This document shows positions 20,108 through 29,785 of a DNA stretch of 64,000 nucleotides, in pieces. The notes under the pieces are model-generated. The model was not told where the DNA came from. It worked only from the letters and a program-made list of their open reading frames with translations, and did no database searches. Source of the stretch: Candidatus Peribacteria bacterium (GTDB lineage: Bacteria > Patescibacteriota > Gracilibacteria > Peribacterales > Peribacteraceae). How positions within the stretch are numbered: the first letter of the stretch is position 1; every line of letters starts with the position of its first letter. The position numbers and the translations under genes were made by a program. The stretch spans positions 6,523 through 70,522 of the forward strand of contig JAHFJR010000001.1 of NCBI GenBank assembly GCA_023245775.1, given 5' to 3'.

Positions 20108-20136
20108 TTGACAATGTCATGACAGTTGAGTATCCT
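20108..20136 (+). promoter_or_regulatory. TA operon promoter with operator palindrome
   Basis: TTGACA-17-TATCCT; TGTCATGACA palindrome in spacer; ATG 6 nt downstream. Confidence 0.75.
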
Positions 20137-20142
20137 GTTTGC

Positions 20143-20415
20143 ATGACAACGACCATCCAAGTCCGTACGAATGCCAAGGCGAAGAATGCCGCCCGTAGGA
20201 TTTTGGAGAAGCAGGGAATGAACCTCAGCACTGCTGTGAACATCTATCTGCTGAAGATCATCGAGAAGAACGGCATTCCCTTCGAGATCGTAACAGAGAA
20301 TGGAATGACGGTTGCGGCAGAGAGGAAGCTTCTGAAAGAGGCGGCATGGGCGATGAAGTACGGGCAGAGATATGATTCTGCAAAGGAAATGCATGAGGAT
20401 ATACTCAGGAAATGA
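20143..20415 (+). CDS. RelB/DinJ antitoxin
   Basis: IQVRT..K..A..IL...GMNLSTAVNIYL..I...GIPF. Confidence 0.88.
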   Translation: MTTTIQVRTNAKAKNAARRILEKQGMNLSTAVNIYLLKIIEKNGIPFEIVTENGMTVAAERKLLKEAAWAMKYGQRYDSAKEMHEDILRK

Positions 20416-20699
20416 AAGAGTATGAAATTTCTTCAACGAAGGCTTACAGGAAGGATTACAAACGTCTTTCCAAATCGGGACGTGATGTTCGCAATCTGGA
20501 AGATGTCATCGATCGATTGGCTTCGGGCGAAATACTCGAGCATCGTTATCAGGATCATCCACTTCGAGGCATGTTTTCAGGGGCTCGGGAGTGCCATATC
20601 GGACCGGATTGGCTTCTGATGTATGTAAAAGACGAAGGAACGCTTGTTTTGCTTCTTTTGAGGACGGGAACGCATCGGAACGTGCTTGGGATGGAGTGA
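20412..20699 (+). CDS. YafQ-family mRNA interferase toxin
   Basis: DHPLRG, RECHIGPDWLLMY, RTGTH. Confidence 0.9.
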   Translation: MKEYEISSTKAYRKDYKRLSKSGRDVRNLEDVIDRLASGEILEHRYQDHPLRGMFSGARECHIGPDWLLMYVKDEGTLVLLLLRTGTHRNVLGME

Positions 20700-20916
20700 G
20701 ATAGGCCACCGTAAATTTACATATTGCATAAATTATATTTTATGATATAATAATAAATGAAAAATTAGACAAGAGGAGCTGAATTCGTACACTGAGTAAA
20801 ATTTTTGAGAAGAGATCTTTCACATCGTCGCGACCAAACATCTACCTTCGCCCTTCGGTTCCGCTGATAGGGTGTGTGGGGTAGAAAAGCAGGAAGCCTT
20901 TTTGAAGGGAATCGGT

Positions 20917-21087
20917 ATGAGTGCTGTTCTTTTTGATGACAGTGGCGTGGATTTGCGTGCTCGGGAGGATGCTTCTAAGCCAATGGCCGGCAACAAGCAG
21001 GCAACGTGCCCACATTGTGGCCGCATTGGCAAAAGAAGGAGAATCCTTGAACATCAGGACAAGTGTCCGAAGCGCCCATTGTCGTAG
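20917..21087 (+). CDS. small putative zinc-finger protein
   Basis: GAAGGGA SD; CPHC-x11-H-x3-C; terminator follows. Confidence 0.5.
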   Translation: MSAVLFDDSGVDLRAREDASKPMAGNKQATCPHCGRIGKRRRILEHQDKCPKRPLS

Positions 21088-21135
21088 GCTTCAGTCTGTT
21101 TGTGCACCACTCTTTCCTATCTGTGCACAAGCACT

Positions 21136-21164
21136 GCCAGGCCGCGCAAGCGGCCTGGCTTTTT
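21136..21164 (+). terminator. intrinsic terminator
   Basis: GCCAGGCCGC-GCAA-GCGGCCTGGC-TTTTT. Confidence 0.85.
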
Positions 21165-21319
21165 CTCCGCTTGAAGGTAGGTGTTTGGTTGTGATGAGCT
21201 CTTTCAAATCAGCGTATTGTAGATCGTGATCTACTCTTGCTTTTGCACATGCGGTGCATCCAAAAAGCCATGTCTATGACATGCATACTGGAGAGTAGAA
21301 CAATCGAAAGGAGTGGGCT

Positions 21320-21568
21320 ATGCCCGCCACATTGTCCGGAAAAGTTGGTGCCGATAAGAGCACCAAGGTTCAGATGCCATGCGGATGTCGTACCAAGAAA
21401 AAGAATCGTCGACATCACATCAAAACTTGTCGTCAGGCCGCATGTGTTAGCGCTTGGCAACAGGAAGTCGCTGACGCTGAAGCTTTGCAATCCGAGAGAA
21501 AGGCCGAACGACAGCGTTCGAATACGCCTTCTCGAGCATTGACAGCAAGCCGAAATTGGCGGTATTAA
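21320..21568 (+). CDS. small putative zinc-finger protein
   Basis: AAGGAG SD; CGC...HH..TC...C; 17-bp GCAA hairpin at 21581-21618 follows. Confidence 0.5.
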   Translation: MPATLSGKVGADKSTKVQMPCGCRTKKKNRRHHIKTCRQAACVSAWQQEVADAEALQSERKAERQRSNTPSRALTASRNWRY

Positions 21569-21684
21569 CCCGCTTCTATTACTCAGTCTCGTCTGTCGCA
21601 AGGCAGATGAGACTGAGTGTCTCTTAGAGAGCAGATCACGTTCTATTCTAGTAATGAGTACGTGGAGATATTTATGATTCTTTA

Positions 21685-21775
21685 TGGCGGAGAGGGAGGG
21701 ATTCGAACCCTCGAGACCCTTGTGGGGTCTACGCGATTTCGAGTCGCGCGCCTTCGGCCACTCGGCCACCTCTCC
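21685..21775 (-). tRNA. tRNA-Ser(CGA)
   Basis: GGAGAGG acceptor, anticodon arm CGCGA-CTCGAAA-TCGCG, long variable arm, G73, CCA. Confidence 0.97.
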
Positions 21776-21897
21776 ACGTCAGTGGAGGATAGCAGAAGAT
21801 ATGAAGGTGTGATGATGGAGCGCGCGAAGCATCGCGCTCCCTTTGAATCATATCATCCATGTAAAAGGGAGCGGCATGCCTTGCCGCGTTGAATAGT

Positions 21898-22987
21898 CTA
21901 CTCCTCCTTCGCCTCTCTCTTCAGTTCCGCTTCGATCAGCATATCCAAATCCCCGTCGAGTACTCCCGTCGTATCGCTTGTTTCATAGCCTGTGCGCAGG
22001 TCTTTGACCATCTGATAGGGATGTAGCACGTAGCTTCGTATCTGGGAACCGAAATCCGCGCTCACATGTGATCCTTTCAATTTTTTCTTCTCAGCTTCTT
22101 CTTCTGCATGTCGTTTCTCGAGGAGTTTTGCTTTGAGCATGTTCATCGCACGTTCGCGGTTCTGCAGTTGCGACCGTTCGTTCTGGCAGGCGACGACGAG
22201 ACCGGTGGGGAGGTGTGTCAGGCGCACGGCGCTGTCGGTCTTATTCACATGCTGCCCACCGGCACCACCCGAACGGTAGGTGTCGATACGCAGATCACTC
22301 ATGGCGATCTCGATCTCCTCGCTCCCTGACATGTCCGGTAGCACCTCGACGAGTGCGAAACTGGTCTGACGCAGATTCTTTGCATTGAACGGTGATAGAC
22401 GTACGAGGCGGTGTGTTCCGCGCTCGCATTTCAGATGTCCGTACGCTGCGTCACCCGCGCAATGTAGTGTCATAGATTTAATGCCTGTCTCTTGCCCATC
22501 CGTACGTTCGACGATGTCACTCTTCCATTCCTTGCGCTCACAGTAACGTAGGTACATCCGCCCGAGCATTCCTGCCCAATCCTGTGCTTCTGTCCCTCCC
22601 GCTCCCGCTGAAATCGTCATGTAGGCATTCCCCAGATCATATTTTCCTCCTAGGTACAGTGCGCGCTCGGCAAGACGCCATGCTCCTGCCAATGTCGCAT
22701 ACTCTCTCTCCAGTGTAGGCAGATCATCAGCATGGCTGACCGTTGCGATGTCGAGGAGATCACGCACATGGCCAAGGAGCTCCAGCAATGGGAGCCATTG
22801 TTTCTTCAGCGCTTTCAGTCGATCGAAGAGACTCTCCGCTCTGCGGTGGTCGTTCCAGAGATCGGGTGCACTCGTCTGCGTTTCCAGTGTGGCGATGTCC
22901 GAGGGAACGTGACGTTTCTCAAAGTGAGTCCTTGCCCATCGTCACGGCATCGAAGAGCTCGGTGATCTTCTTGAGCAGCTCATCCAT
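21898..22987 (-). CDS. prfB: peptide chain release factor 2 (+1 programmed frameshift at 22919-22924)
   Basis: SPF and GGQ motifs; ORF1 MDELLKK...KDSL ends CTT TGA; +1 frame joins the 21898-22788 ORF. Confidence 0.95.
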
Positions 22988-23060
22988 GGAAGGAGGGGGA
23001 GGACTATGGTGTACTCTACCACATGCGTGTTCGTGCGACGAGAATATTCCTCCAGTAGAC

Positions 23061-23678
23061 ATGGATACTCCTCCTCCATCAGAGCCATCACCTCCCGCAT
23101 CTTCTTCGGTGCTCCTTCCTGCGATCTCACGTCTTGGTGTACCGGTGTTCCTCTTCGGTGTGGCGTTCCTCATCGCCACCAGTGTGCTGACGTCTCTCGT
23201 CACTCCCGATCGTTTCCCTGTGCGGATTGGTGACACGGTCGTGCGACTCATCGACCTGGAGGCCGAGCAGAAGAAGTTGCTCCAGGAGAAGTCTGCTCTC
23301 GAGATGACCTCTGGTCTTTTCGAGGAATCACGCACTCCTGTACTCCATCAGCTTGGACTGCTTCGATCCCACATCGTTCCGGTGGGACGTCTTCTGCTGC
23401 AGATCGAGGAGAGTCGCGTCAGCTTCCGTTCTGGTGATCATGATCCTATCGTCCTTGCCAGCCTTCAGATTTCTGGCTCAGGTTCTAGGATTCTTCTTGG
23501 GGGCGAGGTGCGGACACCGGGAGATTCTTCCATGCAGACCCTTGCGTCCTTCGTCGACATTCTCCGTTCACTGCCGCATGTTGCCTCGGTGAGGGAACCC
23601 GAATACACGAAGCATCAAGAGACGGATGGAACCACCGTCTCTCCTTTCTCCATCACGCTCCTCCTCGATCATGACTAA
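23061..23678 (+). CDS. membrane protein, PilN-like
   Basis: TM, coiled coil, then G..LASFVDILRSLPHV..FSITL. Confidence 0.5.
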   Translation: MDTPPPSEPSPPASSSVLLPAISRLGVPVFLFGVAFLIATSVLTSLVTPDRFPVRIGDTVVRLIDLEAEQKKLLQEKSALEMTSGLFEESRTPVLHQLGLLRSHIVPVGRLLLQIEESRVSFRSGDHDPIVLASLQISGSGSRILLGGEVRTPGDSSMQTLASFVDILRSLPHVASVREPEYTKHQETDGTTVSPFSITLLLDHD

Positions 23679-24519
23679 TGTTCTTGCCGTTCTCCAGCGG
23701 ACAAAAATCGGTGCACTCCTCTTCTCGTGTGGGATCGTGCTCTCGGTCGTTGCGTGTGGACTCATCGCGGCGCATACGCGTTCCTTCTCGCTCAAGCGTG
23801 ATACAGCCGTGATGATTGGTACGACACTCCCCGAACTTCGGTCCTCCGTCGCGCTCCTGCGTGCCAATACAGAGGCCGAACAACTCTTCGCGCAGAATGC
23901 TCGCATTGCCAGAGAGGAACAGGCATCTGTGTACATTCTTCCTGAGGGCCCCGCGGCTTCGCGTGTCGTCGATGCGCTCACGACGATCGCGACTGCCCTC
24001 GGGAAGGAGATGAAGAGCGATGGATCGATGTCGAGTTTGACCTTTGATACGACGGTGATGGATCACGGAAGCTACAAGACCGTCGGCGCTCATCTGACGA
24101 TACGCGGTGATAGACATTTCCTTGCGCGCTTCCTCACGATCCTCTCCTTTGGTGGCGATATGATGATTCGTGATGTACTGACCGAAGATGACATCGATCG
24201 TTTCCTGCGCTTGGTCGAGGCCGACTCGCCACTCTCGCTCAAGGATGCAGAAGACTTCCTGTACACGGATCTTCTGCAGTATCTGGCCCACCCCGAACAC
24301 GTTGAACAAGCCCTCTGGAAGGACATCTCACCAGAGGCTCAATCCGACCTCAAGACGTTCCTCCTGACGTCTGGTTTGCCTTCGGCGAAGATGGCGTTTG
24401 GTAGTCTTGTTTCAGCCATGAATACCAAGCGCGTCTGGCCTCTACCGCTCCTCTCGATTGACGCCCTCTCGCACGATGCAGACCGATGGCTCATCGATGT
24501 GACACTCTATCGTCGATGA
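23671..24519 (+). CDS. membrane protein, possibly PilO-like
   Basis: TM, coiled coil, ILP motif; overlaps PilN-like gene. Confidence 0.4.
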   Translation: MTNVLAVLQRTKIGALLFSCGIVLSVVACGLIAAHTRSFSLKRDTAVMIGTTLPELRSSVALLRANTEAEQLFAQNARIAREEQASVYILPEGPAASRVVDALTTIATALGKEMKSDGSMSSLTFDTTVMDHGSYKTVGAHLTIRGDRHFLARFLTILSFGGDMMIRDVLTEDDIDRFLRLVEADSPLSLKDAEDFLYTDLLQYLAHPEHVEQALWKDISPEAQSDLKTFLLTSGLPSAKMAFGSLVSAMNTKRVWPLPLLSIDALSHDADRWLIDVTLYRR

Positions 24520-25553
24520 GCATCAAGCACATCCTTCTTCTCACACGGAGCCTCCAGGGTGGGGAGGGGGGGATGCAGCTGTACACACGAATCGTGATCG
24601 ATGGACTCCGGAAGCGTCACATTCCGTTGACGGTGATCGGATACCAAGGCGGACGTTTCGGACTGCCATTCTTCTTGGTGTCTGCGTGGATACGCACACT
24701 CTTCTTCCAGGGAACACAGGTGCATTTCGGTGATGGAGTTCTCGTTCTCTCTGCACCGATCCTGCGTTTTTTCCGACCGCGTCTCAGGCTCAGTGCCACG
24801 GTGTTCGGGTTGGATCTGCTGTATCCGTCTGCGTTCTATCAATACGTTCTCAGGCGCGCGCTTCCGGTGATCGATCGCGTCGTTGCGATCAGTGCTGCAA
24901 CGGCTGATGCTGCGCGTGCGCGTGGGGCACGAACGGAAGGTCTTGCCGTCATTCCATGTGGAATTGATCGCGAAGATCGTGGCATGGAGAGAGTGCCGAT
25001 TCGTGGAGAGAAGCGAGTGGATCTCCTTCTGTTTGGTCGCCAGATCAAGCGCAAGGGGACTGCGTGGTTTCTCGAATATGTCCTTTCATTACTCCTTCAG
25101 AGTGTTCCTGTACTCCATGTGACGATCGCTGGAGATGGCCCCGAACTTCCGCGCCTTCGGGAACTTGTTTCACGACGTGGATGGGAGCATGTCGTCGAGA
25201 TCCTCGGCGTGGTGAAGGAGGAGAAAAAATGGACACTCTTCTCGGAAGCGACTCTCTTCCTCATGCCCAATATTCCGGTTGCGGGTGACATGGAGGGTTT
25301 CGGACTCACCTGCATCGAGGCGGCGAGCATGGGACTCCCTGTTGTTGCTGCGAGACTGGAGGGGATCCAAGATGCGGTGATCGATCGCGAGACGGGACTT
25401 TTTTTCACTCCACTTGATGCGACCGACTGCGTACGTGTTCTCAAAGAAGCACTTGCAAAAAAATGGTATCCACAGGCCATTCGAGAGGCACAACAACACA
25501 ACTATCATTCTGATCTGATGTTGCATCGAACTCTCGAACATGTCTGCTCCTAA
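24516..25553 (+). CDS. GT4 glycosyltransferase
   Basis: GGMQ, KRKG, EGFGLTCIEA. Confidence 0.9.
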   Translation: MSIKHILLLTRSLQGGEGGMQLYTRIVIDGLRKRHIPLTVIGYQGGRFGLPFFLVSAWIRTLFFQGTQVHFGDGVLVLSAPILRFFRPRLRLSATVFGLDLLYPSAFYQYVLRRALPVIDRVVAISAATADAARARGARTEGLAVIPCGIDREDRGMERVPIRGEKRVDLLLFGRQIKRKGTAWFLEYVLSLLLQSVPVLHVTIAGDGPELPRLRELVSRRGWEHVVEILGVVKEEKKWTLFSEATLFLMPNIPVAGDMEGFGLTCIEAASMGLPVVAARLEGIQDAVIDRETGLFFTPLDATDCVRVLKEALAKKWYPQAIREAQQHNYHSDLMLHRTLEHVCS

Positions 25554-26574
25554 ACCCTCCATTGGCTTCGTCACGTGGGACTTCTGTCCGCCGATGGGTG
25601 GCATGGGTCGACATGTGCGTTCGCTCGAAGTAGGGCTTCGCAGAGCGGGGCACGCCGTTGCAGTCTTGAGTCGATCGACGCTGCGGCTTCCGTTCGGTCG
25701 CAATCTCCTCTTTTCACTGCTCCTTGGACGCACGCTCCGTCGGTGGATCGCCGATGTTCGGCCAGACATTGTGCACGTGCACACAGGACCGGGCGGTGTC
25801 CTTCTTCTCCGGCGTCCGTCTCTCTGTCCGCTCGTGGTCACGGCGAATCATACGTACTGCGATCAATCGAGACTGCGTGGTCAGTGGTGGAAAAAATTCC
25901 TTGTCCCGTGGGAGCGTCGCACGTATCAGCTTGCGGATAGCATCGTTTGCCTCTCACAGGATACGGCGGATTCTGTTGCACGTGCGTATGGCATTGATAC
26001 GAACAAGCTCACGGTCATCCCGTGCGGATTCGATGTGTCGTTCTTCGCTTCCTTCGATCGCCCTCTCGCCGCTCGTGTTCGTACCTGTGTCTTCGTTGGG
26101 CGTCCGGATTTCAGGAAAGGGTCCGATCTTCTGCTTGAAGCATGGAAGATCGTCGAGCGGCGTGTGCCGACTGCACGCCTTCATCTTGTTGGCTTTCCCA
26201 TCCGAGACACGTCGTCGATGCTCTCGTCGGTTTCTCTGTCGGATCAGGAGCTTGCGACATTGCTCGGTACGTCACGCACCGTTGTGTGTCCTTCGCGTCT
26301 CGAGGGTTTTGGTCTCGTCGCCGCTGAGTCGATCGCTGCAGGGACCCCTGTCGTTGCAACCAATGTCCTCGGGCTTCGGTCGGTGGTGTCGGATCAGAAG
26401 ACGGGCTTGCTCGCAGAGCTTGATCCGCGTGATCTCGCTAGGAAACTGATTGCCATTCTCACAGATGATGTGCTCTGGGAGCAGTTGCACCGTGGCTGTA
26501 GGCAGGATCGTGATCGGTTTGATACTCGCATTGAAATCGATCGATACCGAGAGGTGTATGCTTCGATGCGATGA
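25540..26574 (+). CDS. GT4 glycosyltransferase
   Basis: GGMGRH, RKG, EGFGLVAAES. Confidence 0.9.
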   Translation: MSAPKPSIGFVTWDFCPPMGGMGRHVRSLEVGLRRAGHAVAVLSRSTLRLPFGRNLLFSLLLGRTLRRWIADVRPDIVHVHTGPGGVLLLRRPSLCPLVVTANHTYCDQSRLRGQWWKKFLVPWERRTYQLADSIVCLSQDTADSVARAYGIDTNKLTVIPCGFDVSFFASFDRPLAARVRTCVFVGRPDFRKGSDLLLEAWKIVERRVPTARLHLVGFPIRDTSSMLSSVSLSDQELATLLGTSRTVVCPSRLEGFGLVAAESIAAGTPVVATNVLGLRSVVSDQKTGLLAELDPRDLARKLIAILTDDVLWEQLHRGCRQDRDRFDTRIEIDRYREVYASMR

Positions 26575-28172
26575 AGGCATTCTTCCACAAGCGATCATCG
26601 ATGACCGTGGCAGCTGCAGCGCTGATTCTCCTGTTGCTCGCCAAATACTTCTGGTCCTTCTTCGCTTTCCCCGGCGTTCCGTTCGGCTACGACGCGGGGA
26701 TCTATCGATACTTGTTCCTCAAGCACGCACACGCTTTCCCTCCTTTTCTGGTGACGACTCTTCCGCCATGGGCCGCCGCCCATCCGCTTGGTCTCTTCTT
26801 CTTCTCGACGTTGCTTCTCGACCTTGGCGTTCCTGTGGACTCTCTGATTGGATGGGTGTGGAATCTGTTTCCTGTCGTTCTCAGCATCGTGTTTGCCTCC
26901 GTGCTCTCGAGGCGTCATGGTACGCAGTTCGGGCTTCTTCTTCTGCTCGTCTGTGTGCTATCGACGGTGCAGCTGCAAGGCTTTCTGATGATCTACTGGA
27001 AAGTATTTGTCGCCTTGCTGTGGTCGGTTCTTGCGTTCGATGCGTTCGAGAGGAATTCCAGGGTCTGGATTGTGTTCGGCATGATGGTGATTGCCACCCA
27101 TCAGCAGATCGGTCTGATTTTCGTGCTTGCAGTTCTGGGTGCTACTTTCTGCGGGGACAGGAAGCATCTCCTGCAGGCTCTTTCGCGATGGCTTCTCTCC
27201 TGCGTTCTTGGAGCGCTCTGGTACCTGCCGAATGCAGAGCGTGCCATCGGTGACATTCTGCCGCTCCTCTTCGGTTCATTTGTCCTCCGTCTCGCTCTCC
27301 TCATCGCAGGGCTTGGAATCGGTGTGTTCTTCATCGTGCGTGCAGTGCCAAAGCACCTCTACATCCTCCTGTGGATGCTCTGTTTCCTCTTCGTGACTGT
27401 CGGTGTTCTCGTGCCTCTGACCGGACATGCGCCAGCAGCACTCTCACATCTCCTCGATCGTTCCATGGATACGAATGGAGGATCGTTCTTCACCATGCGA
27501 GAGTATCTGCAGCGATCGCTCCCGCTCCTCCTCCTCGGCTGTATTGGCTTCTTCTCTTCTCTTCGAAGGGAGCGAGGGAGCGTTTGGCAGTTCGCCGTCA
27601 TGGTCTGTGTGCTCGCCGTTGTCACGCACGCATTCTTCTATCGTCGCTTCCTCCTCCCTCTAGATTTCTACCTCCTCCCATGTGCGGCATGGGGCATACG
27701 TGAGCTGTGGGATCGACGTCTGTGGGCTACTCGTCTCTTGGTTCTCGTGCTCATCGTGGCTCAGGGATATCTTCTGTTCCAGCACATCAGAAGTCTTGAC
27801 CCGCACGTGGAGCCAGCGATGCTCGCCTTCTTTGCAGAGCTTCCTTCGACCGTTGAACCATCTGCGCAGGTGATCGTGCTCGACACGATGGCTCCGTGGG
27901 TCGTCGGTTACCTGCTCGATGCGGAGGTGAGTGGTCCGGGGATCTTCGACTCGCAACCGCTTGAGGCTTGGCAGACATTTCTCTACGGTTCGCATGCTGA
28001 CCGTGAGCTCTTCATCAAGCACTATCCGCTTGGGACGTACTTCTTCGCGAGCGATGTGTTTCGTGCGTACTACCCCCCGCAGGTGCAGACACTCCTCACA
28101 GATCCGTGCCTCCTCCCCACGACGATGACAGGTTTATTCCGTTCGGCATGTAGCGCTTCGGCGTCCATCTGA
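26571..28172 (+). CDS. polytopic membrane protein, GT-C-like
   Basis: GYDAGIY after TM1, many TMs, FYRRF, soluble C-terminal domain. Confidence 0.6.
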   Translation: MKAFFHKRSSMTVAAAALILLLLAKYFWSFFAFPGVPFGYDAGIYRYLFLKHAHAFPPFLVTTLPPWAAAHPLGLFFFSTLLLDLGVPVDSLIGWVWNLFPVVLSIVFASVLSRRHGTQFGLLLLLVCVLSTVQLQGFLMIYWKVFVALLWSVLAFDAFERNSRVWIVFGMMVIATHQQIGLIFVLAVLGATFCGDRKHLLQALSRWLLSCVLGALWYLPNAERAIGDILPLLFGSFVLRLALLIAGLGIGVFFIVRAVPKHLYILLWMLCFLFVTVGVLVPLTGHAPAALSHLLDRSMDTNGGSFFTMREYLQRSLPLLLLGCIGFFSSLRRERGSVWQFAVMVCVLAVVTHAFFYRRFLLPLDFYLLPCAAWGIRELWDRRLWATRLLVLVLIVAQGYLLFQHIRSLDPHVEPAMLAFFAELPSTVEPSAQVIVLDTMAPWVVGYLLDAEVSGPGIFDSQPLEAWQTFLYGSHADRELFIKHYPLGTYFFASDVFRAYYPPQVQTLLTDPCLLPTTMTGLFRSACSASASI

Positions 28173-28283
28173 CGCACAGCTCTTCCTTGACCGACGCGTA
28201 ACGAATGGGCATCCTTCCAGTGTTCTTCCGTCCTCCTTCCCCACGTTCCTCTGCGACAACGCTACTCTCGTCCGGTCTTCTCG

Positions 28284-28787
28284 ATGCACAAACCGAGATT
28301 CAACGAGCAGATTCGTGCTCTGGAAGTACTCTTGGTTGCTGATGATGGGGTTGCTGAGAAACTTCCGATTGCCGCAGCTCTCGCACGTGCACAGGAGCAG
28401 GGATTCGATCTCATCGAAGTCTCCCCGAAAGCCGTCCCGCCCGTGGTCAAGATCGGTGATTTTGGTAGTTACTTGTATCGGTTGAAGAAGAAGGAGAAGC
28501 AGCAGAAATCTCACAGTAAGCAGACGGAGGTGAAGGTGGTACGCTTCGGTTTTCGCACGGATACGGGGGATCTGGATCGTCTCGCGGATCGCAGCCGCGA
28601 GTTCCTTGGGGAGCGCAACATGGTCAAGGTCTCGGTGGCACTCCGTGGTCGTGAGTTGAGTAATCAGCAATTTGCTGTCGAGAAGATGAAGAAGTTCATC
28701 GCAGGACTCGAAGACGCTGCCGAGGTGGACCAGCCGATCAAGAAGCAGGGGAATCAGTACATTGTGATTCTGAGGCCGAAAAAGTAG
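28284..28787 (+). CDS. infC: translation initiation factor IF-3
   Basis: NEQIRA, DLIEVSP..PPVVKI, RGRE; precedes rpmI-rplT. Confidence 0.95.
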   Translation: MHKPRFNEQIRALEVLLVADDGVAEKLPIAAALARAQEQGFDLIEVSPKAVPPVVKIGDFGSYLYRLKKKEKQQKSHSKQTEVKVVRFGFRTDTGDLDRLADRSREFLGERNMVKVSVALRGRELSNQQFAVEKMKKFIAGLEDAAEVDQPIKKQGNQYIVILRPKK

Positions 28788-28828
28788 GTTGCCTTTTCCG
28801 TCGGCACTGTCTACACTCCATCGACCGT

Positions 28829-29023
28829 ATGCCCAAGCTGAAGTCCCACAGCGGCGCCAAGAAGCGAATTCGCATGACCGGAAGCGGAAAACTCGTCTTC
28901 AATCGCAACAGTCGAAATCATCTTCTCCTCCAGAAGAACAAGCGCCAGAAACGCTTAAATCGGACGAAGCTCATGCATCCGACGAATGAGCGCGCCCTCG
29001 CGCACCTTGTTCCGCACCTCTAA
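28829..29023 (+). CDS. rpmI: 50S ribosomal protein L35
   Basis: MPKLKSHSGAKKR. Confidence 0.97.
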   Translation: MPKLKSHSGAKKRIRMTGSGKLVFNRNSRNHLLLQKNKRQKRLNRTKLMHPTNERALAHLVPHL

Positions 29024-29029
29024 CACCTC

Positions 29030-29380
29030 ATGCGCGTCAAACGTGGTATCCATAGGCACAGAAGAGTCAAGGCTCTGCACAAGCTCACGAAGGGCTACAA
29101 GGGCATGCGTCGCAGCACTGTGAAGAAGGCGAAGGAAGCTGTGATCAAGGCTGGTCAGAATGCCTATCGCGACCGCAAACTCAAGAAGCGCGATTTCCGT
29201 TCACTCTGGACCATCCGCTTGAATGGAGCGCTTCGTTCGATGGGTCTGAACTACTCGCGTTTCATTCCAGCACTCGCCAAGGCAAAGATCACGCTCGATC
29301 GCAAGTCACTTTCTGAAATCGCCATTCACCATCCAGAAATTTTCAAGCAGATTGTGAAGGAGTCGGGGCTGGGGAATTGA
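29030..29380 (+). CDS. rplT: 50S ribosomal protein L20
   Basis: RVKRG, AYRDRKLKKRDFRSLW. Confidence 0.97.
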   Translation: MRVKRGIHRHRRVKALHKLTKGYKGMRRSTVKKAKEAVIKAGQNAYRDRKLKKRDFRSLWTIRLNGALRSMGLNYSRFIPALAKAKITLDRKSLSEIAIHHPEIFKQIVKESGLGN

Positions 29381-29479
29381 AAATGGAAAATGGAACATTG
29401 AGAATATGTTTCTCGCAGCTTCATCGTGCAGTGTAGACAGAAGGGAGCGGGTTTTCTACCCGCGGGTTTCGAGAAAAAT

Positions 29480-29749
29480 TCACACATTCGCAATCCTCTT
29501 CTTCCCCCTCGCGATCACATCAGTGATCACGTCTTTTAGCGAGTAGAGCCCCCAAATGCTGTTCAGAATGACGAATGGCCATGCTTTTCCTGCAACGCCA
29601 TAGACCACGAGGAGGAGAGAGCCGAGGAAATTGACTGTGTCGTAGATCAGATCATCCTGCGACCACGTGTGCGATTGCACCATGAAGAAACCAATGAGAA
29701 TCAGGATCATTCCTGCAATGCCCATGAGGAAGTAGGGGTCGAATTGCAT
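29480..29749 (-). CDS. small 3-TM membrane protein (CBU_0592-like)
   Basis: Y..NFLGS.LL..Y, WPFVILN.IW. Confidence 0.7.
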   Translation of the reverse strand: MQFDPYFLMGIAGMILILIGFFMVQSHTWSQDDLIYDTVNFLGSLLLVVYGVAGKAWPFVILNSIWGLYSLKDVITDVIARGKKRIANV

Positions 29750-29785
29750 AGATGATGAGCGGAGAAAGTATGTCTTTCGTGAAAT

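Noticed and set aside
20804-21208. Retron msr-msd
   Set aside because: Terminal pairing is present but there is no reverse transcriptase in the window, and the loop contains an ORF and terminator.
21209-21769. 186-aa minus-strand ORF
   Set aside because: Starts within tRNA-Ser and overlaps a better-supported plus-strand ORF.
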